From NCBI GenBank assembly GCA_964187785.1, contig OZ076409.1:41542001-41606000 (forward strand): DNA of 64,000 nt, read 5' to 3'. This document shows, in pieces, positions 1-12,843 of the stretch. A program made the position numbers and the translations under genes. The stretch's first letter is position 1, and every line of letters begins with the position of its first letter. The notes beneath the pieces are model-generated. The model did not search any database and had not been told where the DNA came from. It saw only the letters and a list, made by a program, of their open reading frames with translations. The DNA comes from Amphiscolops sp. MND2022. Lineage: Eukaryota.

Positions 1-1339
1 TTATGGAAACATACAAGCAGGAGCTTTTCATTATCATTATTCAAGGTACTTGCTATTACTGATACTTTCGGAGCACTAGTTATCATTAGTAGCAGGGATT
101 GCAATTTCAAAAGCAATTGAATGCATGCAATTGCAATTCATTGCGACTTTGAGGGATGCAATTCAATTAGCAGTCATCAAAAACACTGAGGACAATTTGC
201 AATTACCAATTAGTGCCACATTTTGCGCAATTTTGAAATTTTCCAGGGTGCTCCTCACCTCAAAAAATCGATTTTGGTTATAACCTTGAATAAGAACGAG
301 AAGATTTTTTAAATTTGTATTTTTACTTTTGAATACAATCCACTGGGGTTCATGACCTTCAGTGAATTTGTTAAGCGAAGCTGTCCCGACGACGAAATTG
401 ATATCTCACAAGCTGCTTTTTCACAAGATTTATTGTCAATTTCTGATATTCTGATAGATACTAAAAACCAATTGCAATTGCAATTTTAAAATATAAAATT
501 GTGCAATCGCAATTAGCAATTATTTCTTTCTCATACAAGTTCAAGTATCACATTTTGCATTTAATTGCAATCCCTGACTAGTAGGGTATGACTAGTATCG
601 AAATGAGATTTCGTAGCAATTAAGACACCTCCATTATTGCTGATAGTTAACACCTCTATGTTGGTTAATTTGGTTAGCAGCTTTCCACTCTGATCTAGGG
701 ACAGAATAGTTTGGTAAAAACAGATCATTGTAGGAAATTTCTTCAATTTCAACGCCAAGTCTCACATATAAGGACTATGTCAAGTTTTTGCCGAGTTGAT
801 TAGGTTGGCAAAGTCCATTCGTTTCTTAACGTAGATTTTTCTCTGACTATTCAGCAATAGAAGGTTGAAACATTCACTTTTATCGATGTTCGTTTGATGT
901 AGTCATTCAGAAATGTTCACTTCTACTCGATTGTGGTAAAAATTTAAATTACTAACTTTCAGGCTGTCTCCTGAGTACTTTTTTTCGATAGTCAGTTTCC
1001 AGCTCAGGCATAGGCATTTCCTTCCGAGTTCTTGTTCATCGAGTGTGCGATTTCCCAACATGAATTTTACAATTGTTTGCTTTATTGTTTTCGTTCATTG
1101 TGTGTGCTCTGGACAAGATTTTTCGTACTGCCCACGATTTAGTAAGACTCAACAGAAGCGGACTCGGTCTTTGATCAATTTTACCTGCTTTCCACTTTCC
1201 CAGTCTACGAACATCTGAGACACAAGAACGGATCTCGCAAAGGTGATTCAAAACCTTTTCAACTTTAATTTTATCGTCTTCCATCGTTTGAAGAAGGCCG
1301 ACTTTATCAAATTTGTCTTTTGAATGATAATCACTGATT
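1..1339 (-). mobile_element. Decayed CR1/L2-type LINE fragment (ORF1 C-terminus and start of ORF2 AP-endonuclease), interrupted by a MITE at 93-576
   Basis: The minus strand reads VSDVRRLGKWKAGKIDQRPSPLLL (ORF1 'RRLG..RP.PL' motif), then FNLLLLNS (APE start, ~845-870) and SNNGGVLIATK. Across the MITE it continues LLMITSAPKVSVIASTLNNDNEKLLLVCFH. Confidence 0.75.
93..576. mobile_element. hAT-type MITE
   Basis: 14-bp TIR CAGGGATTGCAATT (93-106) / AATTGCAATCCCTG (563-576); 8-bp TSD ATTAGTAG (85-92) / ACTAGTAG (577-584); many internal GCAATT motifs. Confidence 0.85.
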
Positions 1340-1856
1340 GGCTTGCAACAACAGCGTCGAATTTTGGCACGTCGAATTCCTAATGTCGAATCATTAGAGT
1401 CGAAGAACAACGTCGAATCATTAGAGTCGAAGAACAACGTCGAATCTAGTGGAACAAGCAATGTCGAAATTTTCTCGAAATTAGGTCGAATTTCAGACGA
1501 AATATTCCTATTTGTTTCTGATTAAAATGGTTGATAATACCGCTGCTAATGACACCAAACAAGCCTTTTCCCACCTGATATGAGGTCATATACGGTGTAT
1601 ACACGCTCGCCCTCACCGTCGCAAAGACCAGCTCCAACGACAATAGCTTCGCGATCTCCGCTAGGTCTTTGCTCCTGTTCGACCTGGCTCAGCAAGATGG
1701 GATAAGCGGCCCCAAAGGGCCGCGGAACACTAGAGGAAATGGGGGCGCATCCGAGGGCCAAAAACCTTGTTATTTGCGACGCAAATGTATTTTTGGCGAT
1801 TTACAAGCATCGACACAGTCACTTCGACAAAAGTCTTTCGACAAGGGGACTTCGAC
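1340..1856. mobile_element. GTCGAA-rich MITE-like element, apparently truncated by the adjacent hAT element; contains a 27-bp tandem repeat
   Basis: GTCGAA clusters on the left and TTCGAC clusters on the right, as in the elements at 6290 and 10525; GTCGAATCATTAGAGTCGAAGAACAAC x2 at ~1385-1438. No TSD found. Confidence 0.5.
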
Positions 1857-3650
1857 CAGGCATTTCGGACTCGGGTTCGGGTTTTTGGGTTCGGGTCAAG
1901 TTTTTCGGATAATCGAATATTTTCGGATCGGGTTCGGATATCGTACTAATTTCAGGATCGGGTTTCGGGTATCAAAACTACCGGTTCGGGTTCGGGTAAT
2001 ACGGTCTGTCATTCTGCTTTCTCGTTTTTTTTTCTCATTTCAATTTTTGTATTTCGCATTTTCATTTGCAACTCCTTAGGTTATTCTAATATATTGTTTG
2101 CTGCCATAAAATTGTCTGTTTTCAGATATCTTGAAAGAAGAGTGGCTACCCTTTGAAACCAAAAACGCATCACTAAAGGGCAAGTTTTTGTGTGGCTACA
2201 TTGATAAAAAGAAGGCGAAAATGCATAAAATGCGGACACAGCCTGACCTCTGCCAAGGGCAATACATTAGTAATGAATGACACGTCACCTTGACAACTTG
2301 ACAACTGCGTTCCCCCGCCGGAGGGTGAAGAAAATTAAAATAACGTTGGCATACAAGAATTCATGAAGAGAGACACTGAAAAATACGACTTTCAGTCGCA
2401 GTTTTTTTATTTGGATAACCTTCCAAATACTGAAGTGTGCAACTCTCAACGGTTCAAAAAACTCTTTAAGAGAGCTGGATATTTTGCGTCCAACTACGAT
2501 GATCTTAACAATAGTCTGAACGCACAATTTATAAATGGAGTTGAGCAGGTGAAGCAATATCTGAACAAGGAAAGCAAACTTATTATTGCGATGGACAAAT
2601 GGACAAACAAACAACAGGAGAAATTTATTGGCGTTTACGTTTATCAAGAGCGAGTACGTGTATTTTTGGGTATATTCAAATTTACGTTTAAACGTGGAGC
2701 AAACGAAATGAAAGGGTTTTTACTTGAACTCCTCGACAAATTTGCTATAAACTGAAAATGAGTTATTTGTTTAATGTCAGATTGTCGTGTTGATGTGATC
2801 AAACTCTGCAAAACTTTGAAAGTTTCGCACATTTCTTGCCTAGCGCATGTCGTCAATTTACTGGTTACAATGGCGTAGTTTCATTCCGAGATGAGCCATC
2901 CGATGATGATATTGAGTCACTTACACCGTCCGACGAAGAAACGGATGAAGGCGATGAGATTGACGCTGTTACGTTTAATTTTGTGAATATGGTAGCCGAT
3001 GTTAGGGCTGCTGTCAAAGAGTTACGGACCTCTGCCAACTTTGATGTTTTGATGCTGTTACAAAAGCAGTTGGAAGAGTCCGAGCTAAGTGTTGATCTTG
3101 ATTGCGAAACCAGATGGAATTCTACGTATTTAACGCTAGAACGCTTTTGCCAGCTAGAAAAAACTATCACTACATTATTTCGTGACCGGCAATTCCAGTG
3201 GGATAAGCTGAAAAGACTAACTAAAGTTTTGCAGCCTTTCTATGAAATCACGTTAGAAGTTCAGAAAAAAGAAGTACAAAATACTTTTGATTCTATATGA
3301 AGTCAGTTAATTACAATAAAAAGTATATTACAAACGAAGGCGGTCTTGATCTTGTCCAAGCGTCTGACGTGCTTGAGTTTTTGGTGCGGTTCGCGAAATG
3401 CGTTTTTTCAAGTATTTAATCAGTCCGGAAATTTACACCGAAAATCTGTATCACAGTTAGACAAAGAAACCACCGAAAGTACATCCGTTGAACACACATA
3501 TTCCCGACCCAAGTCGTTCAAGTATTATCTTAATTACGAGAAGAACATTGGTCCTAAAGAGAAGCAAACTCGTGCTATTTAACGTTCAACTCCATCATCA
3601 AACGCGGAGACTGAGACAGCCTTCAGCTATGCAAAGTATAGTGGAATCCG
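1857..3650 (+). pseudogene. hAT transposase relic with left terminus and subterminal CGGGTT repeats
   Basis: Left end CAGGCATTTCGGACTCGGGTTCGGG with repeated CGGGTT. Motifs IIAMDKWTNK (2363-2755), LDCETRWNSTYLTLERF and LKRLTKVLQPFYEIT (2836-3300), and dimerisation-like STPSSNAETETAFS (~3586-3630). Stops and frameshifts present; right TIR not seen. Confidence 0.85.
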
Positions 3651-4219
3651 GCTAATTCCACTCCCTCTCCCACTCCATCAAGATCCCTACCCTCGACTCA
3701 ATAAGAGACTCATTAAACGACATAGGGTATTCGGAACCCGGGCTAATCCTAAACCCAAACTCCACAAACGCTTCGAAAAACGTTACAAATAACTTGCTAA
3801 AGGAATTCAAAGAAGAACACATAATTTTGTGACACGACTTAATCAACAACTCGATTTCGAAGCACAGCACCAATAACGATAGAACTCTGTCACCAAATAA
3901 ACTGATAAAAAATCTCAAATCTATACCAAATCTTTACTGTATAGTCTACTGCCAACGCAACGGAACACCAAATATCTTCAATTTGCAACACAAATCACTG
4001 AACTGTTTCCTGGTTGATATTACAAAACACATCCTCAGCAAATCGGAGCAACTCAACGACATAATAATCGAGAGGTATCGGGAGCTTCATCAATCAATCG
4101 ATCAAGAACTCAGAACGCTCTCAGTGATACTGCACTACTATCCTCGGATCGAACGTATATTCAAAACCCGTGATCGAAAGGAACATCTACAGTCGACAGA
4201 CAAGGGTATCAAAAAAGAC

Positions 4220-6105
4220 CAAACTAAACTGAAAAATTAGCTTTTCGAGTCTCTGGCTCGAAGCCTACCTAACTACTTGCCCTAAACTAAACTAAAAGGT
4301 AAGCTTTTTGAGTCTCTGGCTCGAAGCCTACCTACCTGCTTGAGTTCAAGCAATGAGCCCTCAGAACACACGTGCTCGACTGAACTCTGCCTCGGACTGC
4401 TGCTTGACTTGTGATGAGAACTTTCAAAACAACGAAAGTTCGTTTGACTGCTTCGCCTGCGGTTGAATGATGCCACTCACAAAAAATGTACCAACTTGAA
4501 CGAGACTGCTTTAAAAGGCATTTCTGCACTCGGAAAGAATTGCTTACTGCTATATAACTTGAGCGTAAGTGAAAAACGCGATCAGATCACCACAGCCCAA
4601 TCAAATGAAAGTCAAAATAATACACCAATGAAGCCTCTGGAGTCTGGAATGGTTGAATTATAAAAAAACACTCACCGGAATAAAATCATTCCTAGTGAAG
4701 AACGAGGCACGCACAGCTTCACCAAGGCAATCAGATGTATCCCAGCCTAAGGAAAACCTACCACCGCGGTTAGAAGAACCGGATGGAATCAGGATACGCA
4801 GTATCAGCACTGAAGGAAAAGAATGCCAGGCTGAGAAACGAAAACACGATTACAGCGAGGTTCAAAAGATCCTGTCACACCTTAAGGTGACATTGTTAGA
4901 CTAGGGCAGTACGAGGAAAAGAAAAGAAGGATCATACTAAAAGTCCCCAACGTGTGGCAGCGGAGAATGATTCTTTCCTCTGCAATAAAACTGAAAGAAT
5001 AAGGTCAACCTGTCTTCATCAGCCGACAATTGTCGAAGGAGGAGACCGTGTTAGAAAACGAAGCTCTAATGAAAAGACGTGACCTGATCGACAAGGGCAC
5101 AAATTCGAAAGATTCCTGTGTCAAAGACTGCTCCTTGTACATACGCAAAAACAATCAATGGACTAAAGTTGAAAGTGATCTCCACGGACAGGGAGAGAGA
5201 GTCTTGACTAATAATGACGATCAATTTACTAGTGCACAACGCCCGAAGCATCCTGGAGACTGAACGAAGAATCAAATTCTCAAATGCACTTCAAGTTCCC
5301 AACGTCTACGACATAATAAGCCTCACTGAAACTTTGCTGACTGAACATAATACCGATGCAGTTTTATTGTCGTCGAAATATGATAAAAACCGAAAAGCCC
5401 GGCCAAGTGTAAACGGTCTCACGAGACATGGTGGCGTTTTGATCGGAGTTTCCAAAAACATTCCAAGCTGTCCCATTGAATGTGATTTTCCTGATTGTGT
5501 AATCACAAGACTTTTTGTCAAACAGCTAATTATTATCTGCTGCATTAACAGCGCCCCAAGTGATCGCTCCTACTCATGGCCAACATTCAATGCCATGAAG
5601 AAGAAGTACGAATTCAATGCCAAATGTTGCATCATTGTGGGAGACATCAATTTTAGTTATACTGACTGGCCGTCAAGGACCTCAACACACTGGAAAGAAC
5701 ACTATTGCCTTGACTAGTTGACTTCCGCAAATTTACAACAGCTAATTGTAACAAAAACGAGAAAATCGCTCGATATCCTTTCATGTAACACAGATGATCT
5801 TTTCCTCAAGGTAAGAGTTGACAACCATCTTGAAACCCTGTTCAGCTCTAACCACCCATTATACGCAGACAAGTTGAATCTTCTCGTCAAGCCTTCACAC
5901 TTCCCAAAGCCCGTAGAAACAACAGTAAATGACTTCTCTCGTTTTGCTTTCGAGAAGGCTGACTGGAAAGAGATTAATGACTTCGTAAAACAGAACCCAT
6001 TCAAACCCTACTGTTTGAGTAATGTGGACTTGGTGCTTGACTTGTGGTATGAAAAGCTCACCAAAATTTCAATAGATCACATACCATATAAAACGAAACA
6101 TCGAA
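4220..6105 (+). mobile_element. 3'-truncated CR1/L2-type LINE (decayed PHD-type ORF1 and APE domain)
   Basis: ORF1 remnants THKKCTNLNETALKGISALGKNCLLL, GIRIRSI, VFISRQLSKEE. ORF2 from 5214: INLLVHNARS, DIISLTET, HGGVLIGV, IIVGDINF, AFEKADW. Ends before RT. ~60-bp tandem duplication at 4221-4335. Confidence 0.85.
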
Positions 6106-6289
6106 TGCACGGACTTATTGAAGCAACGGATTTCAATGGCTCTTCAGATCGGCAATGCGGCCTGTGTTCTAGGAACTGTGAGCGACAGAGATGCGTTCGA
6201 AGAAATTCATTACATATAGCCTATTTTTCTAACCTTTATATCATAGCAGCTTTAAAAAAATTCTACCGCTCGACTGCATAGTGGCTGGT

Positions 6290-6638
6290 GGGTGGCTGTA
6301 AATAGGTCGAATTTTTCTGGTCGAAAGGACAGAAGTCGAACCTTTTGATCGAATTGCAGGGATCGAATGGTATGCGGTCGAATTTTATCGTATTTATTGT
6401 ATGCCTCGGACGCTTCGCTCCCTTCGCCAAGTAGCAACATTGAGGCATGGCCAAATGGCACGTCGCTCCGCTTCGCTTCGCTCCTGCATTCAGGGCACTA
6501 GGGGTATGTGAACATATCTGACTACGTTATCAAAATTTCGATCCGAGTTGTTTCGATCCCATTCAAAAATTTCGTATGTCGACCTGAGGACTAACTCTGA
6601 TTTTCGATTCCGTTCCTTCGACCTACTTCCGCCCACCC
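6290..6638. mobile_element. Mutator-like MITE
   Basis: Imperfect TIR GGGTGGCTGTAAATAGGTCGAA / TTCGACCTACTTCCGCCCACCC; perfect 9-bp TSD GTGGCTGGT (6281-6289, 6639-6647). Confidence 0.85.
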
Positions 6639-7120
6639 GTGGCTGGTTTGAGTAGTCTGTTGGTTGTTACTGGTATAGTGGCTGGTATGGGGTTCCCTAC
6701 TTTCGTTGCAGACCACGGGTGTGTGTCTTCTCCCCCCAACATGATGATACACATGGCACTTGATTGATGACGAAGATCCATGATATCTGATAGAAGTTAG
6801 AAAAAATAACGGTCCTATGAAATTATTTAAGTGTCCATTTCCATACAGAAAATCACGCCCTATTTGGATTCAAGTTTGAACCTGAATACATTGATGCTCC
6901 GACTGGTGACAACATTTTCGTATGCACTCTTATGACCTTTTTGAAACATCGTTTTCCATTTCTACAACCAACGCGCCCGGTTCTTTCAAAGAGCAAGAAA
7001 CTTGTAGATTTTTCCGGCTTTGAGTTCGCACGGTCCTTTTCGACCCGCCCTAGGCCGTCGCTATATCTGGATGTGATCTAGCCTAATTGTTGTGATAAAC
7101 CTATTAAATAGTTTCCGGTT

Positions 7121-10100
7121 GTGATGACTAAAGCCTCTACTTCTTCATCCAAGTGTGCCCATTGCAAGAGGATTGTCAAAGAGGGGGACAAATCTGGCAT
7201 CGCATGTGACAACTGCTCTCTTTGGAACCATGGAGCTTGTGCAAGCCTGTCTGAGGAGGATGTCAAGTTGATGGGACGAATCAAAGGATGTCTCTGGCTC
7301 TGCGATTCCTGCCTCAATGATGTTATCTTCAGCCCTGAAGCTAAGTACAATCATATTATTGATGCCAAAAATATGAAAAGTATATGAAATCAATTCAAAA
7401 TTCCCTAACTGAAATCCAATCTGCCCTCAGACCAACCCCTGAACCTGTCAAAAAACATGTAAATGAAGAGAGTCTCGTGAGATAATCATAAATGGTCTTG
7501 TTGAGGATAAAGGAACTTTTAAGTCGACTTTCGAAGCTGACAACTCCAAACTACAGGAAGTATTCAACCATATGGATGAAAAACCTCTCAAAATAGAATC
7601 TACCCGCAGGTTAGGTCAACCCAAAGCTGATATGTCAAGACCAAGGCCGCTCCTCATTCGTTTTGCCTCCGAATGGGATGCCAGGAAATGTCTTTCAAAA
7701 TCCTACAGGCTGAAAAATTATCATGAACGAATATTCATATCACAATCTCTGAATAAAGAAGATCAGGCAATCAAACGGAAGCTTTTGCAGAAACGGTATG
7801 AAATGATCATTAGTGACGGAGTACCACGAGATGAAATCAAAGCTCTTCAGAAACGGAACTGAAGTTACCTTCCAAAAGTGACTGCAGATGAAAATTTGCC
7901 TCTTGAATGCAAAAAGTGTTATCAGTCTCCAGCAACGATTGAAACTACTCAACTTCTTAAGTTTGCACTCACCTGATTTGATTTTTGTCCCCGAAACTTG
8001 GTTATACCCAGAAATCGAAGACTCTGGAGTCTGCCCATTGAAATGTAACTACTCAATCATTGCCAGACAAGATCGCTCTGGTGGCGAACACGGCGGTGTC
8101 CTCGTTGCTGCCAAAAAAGATTTCTGTTTCAACTACTCTGACCTAACTCAGAAATATGGACGCAATATGAAAATTGGCCAAATCAATGATTTTGCTGTCA
8201 CTATTTTCATTACAACCATCCAGGGTTCTCACTTGTTCCTTTTAATTTACAATCCACCATCGACAACTCCATATCGAATCGAAGCGAAACTTTTGGCTGA
8301 TTGGATCTCCTCGTGTTATGCTAAATTTGAAATCAAATATCTCAGCTCTTTCTCCTTTTTAGGAGACCTCAATCTGAATGATGTTTGCTGGGCAATTGTA
8401 ACTGGTCAGAGCGACAACTCCAAAAGCCTCTTAGTTCAATCTCAAGCAATGAATCTCAATCCTTTAGTTTTTGAGCCTACTCATAAGTCTGGTAGCACTC
8501 TGGATATAATTCTAACCTCACATTCCGAGCTATTCAATGTTTATGTTGACTCCCATCTCTACTTTGATCATTACCCTGTTTTTGCTTTGCTAAACGTTCC
8601 TATCTCCTTTTCAGAGCCAGCTACTAATACATCAATTATGTACTCTATGTCATCTTTTTCTAGTATTCTGTTCAACTCTCATTTATCCAATGGTTTCGAA
8701 ACATTACTGGCACTGCCAAATTGCAGCTTCAGTGATGTTTCTATGGAAGAATATTTCTCATTGTGGCAACAAACAGTGTTGTACGCTCTAAATATGTCTT
8801 GCAAAATCAAAACTTCTCGCCGATCACAGTATCCGTATTTCTGATCCTCCCACTCAATTCACCTCATCAACAAACTTCGTACAGCTAAAAAGTGTAACTA
8901 CAGAAATGGTACCATTGAAAGGCTAAAACAAGAGATTAGTTTGTCAGTTGAATTAGACAAAACAGTCCTCCTTGAAAATCTATCTCCTGTCTCCACTCGT
9001 TCTTGCTACAAGTTTTTACCCTCTTTCTCTTCGAATCGCTTGCCAAATCAAGTGAACTGGAACACACTGAAAGCAAACACCAGTAACGAAATTGCCAATC
9101 TGTTCAATAGTTATTTCAGCTCTGTCTTCCAGAAAAGTTTAGATATACCTTTGCAACCACCTGAACTAGACAATCCGTTTGGAAGATTTTACCATCAATC
9201 CCTCTGAAGTCGCAGAATTACTCTCGAAAACTAAAACTTATTCATTGAGCTCAGACCCTATTCCTACTTTTTTGCTGAACTCATGCCCAGATATTCTGGC
9301 TCCGCTGGCCACTCAACTTTTTACTCTAGAAATAAAGGCAAGAAGATGGCCAAGCGATTGGAAATGCTCATATATAACGCCGATATATAAGTCTGGAAAC
9401 CCCGAAAGTGTGGAAAATTATCGGCCCATCAGCATTTTACCACAGCTCTCACTTATTCTTGAAAAATTGCTCTTCCGACACATATACCCACAGGTGCGAT
9501 TCTCAATCTGTGATGAACAACATGGTTTCACAAAGAAGCGCTCTCCTATTACCCAGCTCTTACCCTATCTAGACGATTTGTACAACCAAAAAGATATTAA
9601 CGCTTCTAGTTATGCTATCTACTTCGACTTTCGGAAGGCCTTCGATTTAGTTCCACATCATTTTCTTCTGAAAAAACTGGCAAATTTTAGCTTTGATGAA
9701 GATCTTTTGATCTTATTCAAGTCTTATTTATACTCGAGGTCACAACGAGTATCAATAAATGGCTCCCTCTCCCAGATGGTGGATATTAATAGCGGTGTAC
9801 CTCAAGGCAGTGTCCTCGGACCTCTTTTCTTCATTATTTTTATGAATGATCTTCCTGACAAAATTGTCAATTCCTCATGCTATTTGTTTGCAGGTGATAG
9901 TAAATTACTGTCTCTTCCGACCAAACCTGATTTACAAACAGGATATTGATCACTTTACTGGATGGGCCTACAGGAACAAAATGGAATATAACATTGACAA
10001 GTGCAAGTCAATCACTTTTGAGGAAAAATTAGCGTCGTCGGATCCTCTGTTTCTGAACGGTAAAATTGTCCCCACCGTTGACTCAATTAAAGACCTTGGA

Positions 10101-11100
10101 ATCACCATTTCAAACAATATTACATGGGACAACCATATTCAAAAGAAATTGGTGGCTGCTAGAAAAGCTTATCATTTCTTGAAGCGCTCAATTCCTCATA
10201 GTGTTAGTTCTTCCACGAAGCTTATGTACTACAGATTGTGTGTCCAGAGTATTATACTATACGGATCCCAAATATGGTACCCCTCCATTAATTACCGACG
10301 GAAGTTGGAACTATTCAATAAATGTCTTTTTTGGGTAACTGGTTTACAAAATTATTCACAGCAGCTGGCAGCGTCAAATACCCTACCCCTATCATTCTAT
10401 TTGGTCGTAAATGACATGGTCTTCCTCAACAAGGCCATAAATAACAAATATGACCTAAATCTCAGCACCTTTATTTGTTTCAGCAAACGTTGCAAGGATC
10501 TCAGAAGTTCCAAATACCAACAACGGATTGCATGAAATGGGTCGAATGAAATAGGTCGAAAAGAATTAGGTCGACCTTTTGGTCGAATAACTTAGGTCGA
10601 ATTGACTGAGGTCGAATTGGGTCGAATGGACTTGGGTCGAAATCAATATGTTGTCTCCCTTGAACTTGGCATTTTTCAAGGTCGACCCAAGTCCATTCGA
10701 CCCAATTCCGAAACGGTGAAGATTCGACCCATGGCACAGGAGGCCGATTCGACTCATTTCTTTCGACCCATTTCCGTTCACCCACCAACAACTCCTGCCA
10801 GTCAAAAGATGTCGCGAATTCTCCACGAGAGACTCCTTCCAAAGAGTCTGTGACTACAACTTCCTCGCCACAAAAGAGATTGACATTTTTGACCCAACTG
10901 AAAAATTTAAACATGAACTCATGGTATACCTACGCAGTAAGTCCCAATGTTCAATTTAGACCGAAGCTGTTCCTGGTTTATAAAATGTCTCTGTAGCATC
11001 TGCCGCTCTTAGATTTGATCAACTCCGTTTGTAAAAGCCTACATTACAACTGCTTGAATGTTCCTTTATATAAAAAGGGAATTAAGTCTTCCAGTAGTAG
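7121..11100 (+). mobile_element. Near full-length CR1/L2-type LINE, inactivated (PHD ORF1; APE-RT ORF2)
   Basis: Canonical PHD finger CAHC..ACDNCSLWNHGAC..WLCDSC (7121-7387); RRLGQPKADMSRPRPL. ORF2 from 7888: ICLLNAKS, VPETWL, HGGVLVA, LGDLN, NYRPISIL, QHGF, DFRKAFD, GVPQGSVLGP. The catalytic motif reads FAGD instead of (Y/F)ADD. Several stops and frameshifts; 3' end approximate. Confidence 0.93.
10525..10783. mobile_element. Mutator-like MITE inserted in LINE ORF2 C-terminus
   Basis: TIR GGATTGCATGAAATGGGTCGAA / TTCGACCCATTTCCGTTCACCC; perfect 9-bp TSD ACCAACAAC (10516-10524, 10784-10792). Confidence 0.85.
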
Positions 11101-11213
11101 TAGATTACATTTTTTGATTCTGTCCCTGGTGATATGAGTTAGGTGGAATGTATTGTAATTCTTCGACTCAAGGATGGTAATGTGACATTTATTCGTGTTC
11201 CGTTTTCTTGACT

Positions 11214-11256
11214 GTAAGTTACTTTCTGTTTTGCTTTAATTTGTCCGATTTTTCAG
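11214..11256 (+). other. Probable 43-nt 5'UTR intron directly before the MRPL24 ATG
   Basis: GTAAGT at 11214, a pyrimidine-rich body, and TTTTCAG immediately before ATG 11257. Confidence 0.55.
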
Positions 11257-11691
11257 ATGTCTTTATGCAGATTGTGTTCCAAACGATTTTTACACCGTAC
11301 ATCTGTTGTGGGTCTACGTGTTCCCGACGAAATGATTATTCATCCAAAACATCGAACATATAAAGAAACTGAATTTCCCAAAGGATCTGCACCCGAAAAG
11401 TTAGCTAATATTGTGACCAATCTGGGTGGTCGACAACCGCGCCCGATTGTACCAGTTCAGTACCTTTTTAAAGGTGACTTTGTTTACATCAACGAAGGTG
11501 ATGATACCGGCAAACGGGGTGTTGTGATACAAGTTCTGCAGAAGGAATCCGAGGTTTATGTTCAAGGGAGAAACTGTAAATGGGTGAAAGATTTAGGAAA
11601 TACGTACAAAAAAGTTGAGAGACCGCTTTTGATGCATCAAGTTTCTTTAATCGATCCCCAGTATCGATTGCCAACATCTATAGAGTTCAGA
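11257..11691 (+). CDS. MRPL24: Mitochondrial ribosomal protein L24 (uL24m), coding exon 1
   Basis: YLFKGDFVYINEGDDTGKRGVVIQV (KOW motif) and ERPLLMHQVSLIDP..PTSIEFR match metazoan MRPL24; phase-0 donor GTGAGT at 11692. Confidence 0.93.
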
Positions 11692-12150
11692 GTGAGTTAA
11701 TTTTTACTCAAACATTTCATCGGGTTGTTGTTGAATATTGCAATTGTTGGATCTTGCAATTAATTGCAAACTTTAACAATCGATAAGGCACATCTTTTGG
11801 GCGCGTTTTGTTAGATGCAAAACGAACTAGTGTTAGCAACTGAATTGGTTTCTAATTTCGGTTACAGTTACAGTTGAATATATAAAGAATTAACGAATCA
11901 ATTACAGTTACAGTTAATTTTTTTCAACAATTTCAGTTAATAATTCAGTTATGAAATAACATTTCACAAGGTATACCTACGTACATACAACCTTTGCTTT
12001 TCGGGGAGTAGGGTAGACATCGAACGTCTTTTTTCCTTAACTGCAATTCAGTCTGAGGGTCGCTTGCGGCGCCTACCAAATGAAGTAATACGCCAAAGGA
12101 CCATAATAGCCACAAAGAAGGACCTTTTGAACTGATTTGTATTTCAGTTA

Positions 12151-12441
12151 TTGCACATGACGAAGTCAATGTGCATTGCAGTCCAACTAAGTAAGTTTTT
12201 TTCCACTATAGTCAACTTCATAATGAGCGCTTTTTAGAAAAACCCCAAAACCCCAGAGTGATTCGAACCTGCAGCCTCCCGATTGCACGGCATAAGTGTT
12301 GACCACTGTGCCATAGGGACGTTATTGAAAAAAGTTGAACTGTTGAATATATACGCATGCGATTAAAATAATATATATACGCATATTAAAATAATCGATG
12401 TCTTCGTCATGTGATGCGAAGCACCGCTTCGCCTCTGTGTT
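12151..12441 (+). mobile_element. Non-autonomous Helentron/DINE-like element (family D type) nested in the hAT MITE
   Basis: 5' subTIR plus inverted copy GCACATGAC-GAA-GTCAATGTGC; 3' subTIR CTTCGTCATGTG followed by hairpin GCGAAGC-ACC-GCTTCGC and end CTCTGTGTT. Confidence 0.7.
12251..12320 (-). other. tRNA-derived sequence (Pol III A and B boxes), not an intact tRNA
   Basis: Minus strand GTCCCTA-TGGCACAGTGG...GGTTCGAATC-ACTCTGGGG; anticodon and T arms are degenerate. Confidence 0.6.
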
Positions 12442-12843
12442 GAAAGTTAATTCAGTTTCTTGAAACATATTATTTTCAGTTAAAGTTACAGTTAGTACGG
12501 TTGTTTTCATGTTTCAGTTACATGCATTTCAGTTACAGTTATGATTCAGTTACAGTTGCTAACACTAAAACGAACCATTAGAAAAACGCCGTTAGAAAAG
12601 ATTTTCAATTATTTATTGCTAATTATTTTATTGATAATTATTTCAATTATTTATCGCCATCAATCAGCGTTTTTTAAAAAAAAATGCTTCTTGATTCATC
12701 ATGTGCCCCCAGCCCGGGCGCAGACAAAAAATCCAACCAACATAGGAAACAAAAAATTAAGATTTATTGCTAATAATTGAATGCAATTTATTTCGTTACA
12801 CAACTATGCCATTAACCATTTGTTTGAATTTGATTTTTTTCAG

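Larger units (their letters stand above)
11828..12567. mobile_element. hAT-type MITE in the MRPL24 intron
   Basis: 15-bp TIR TAGTGTTAGCAACTG / CAGTTGCTAACACTA; perfect 8-bp TSD AAACGAAC (11820-11827, 12568-12575); internal CAGTTA repeats. Confidence 0.9.

Noticed and set aside
1385..1445. 27-bp direct repeats resembling a CRISPR array
   Set aside because: Head-to-tail tandem units with no spacers, eukaryotic context, no cas genes.
3652..4240. A-rich coding-like stretch, possibly a Penelope-type N-terminus, with a hammerhead-like motif at ~3688-3730
   Set aside because: No RT or GIY-YIG motifs follow, and the CTGANGA/GAAA core has several mismatches and the wrong stem topology.
12251..12320. 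Functional tRNA genes (also 61549-61617; weaker traces near 14600-14670 and 16440-16500)
   Set aside because: Cloverleaf stems are broken and the two clear cases lie inside repeats; treated as tRNA-derived only.
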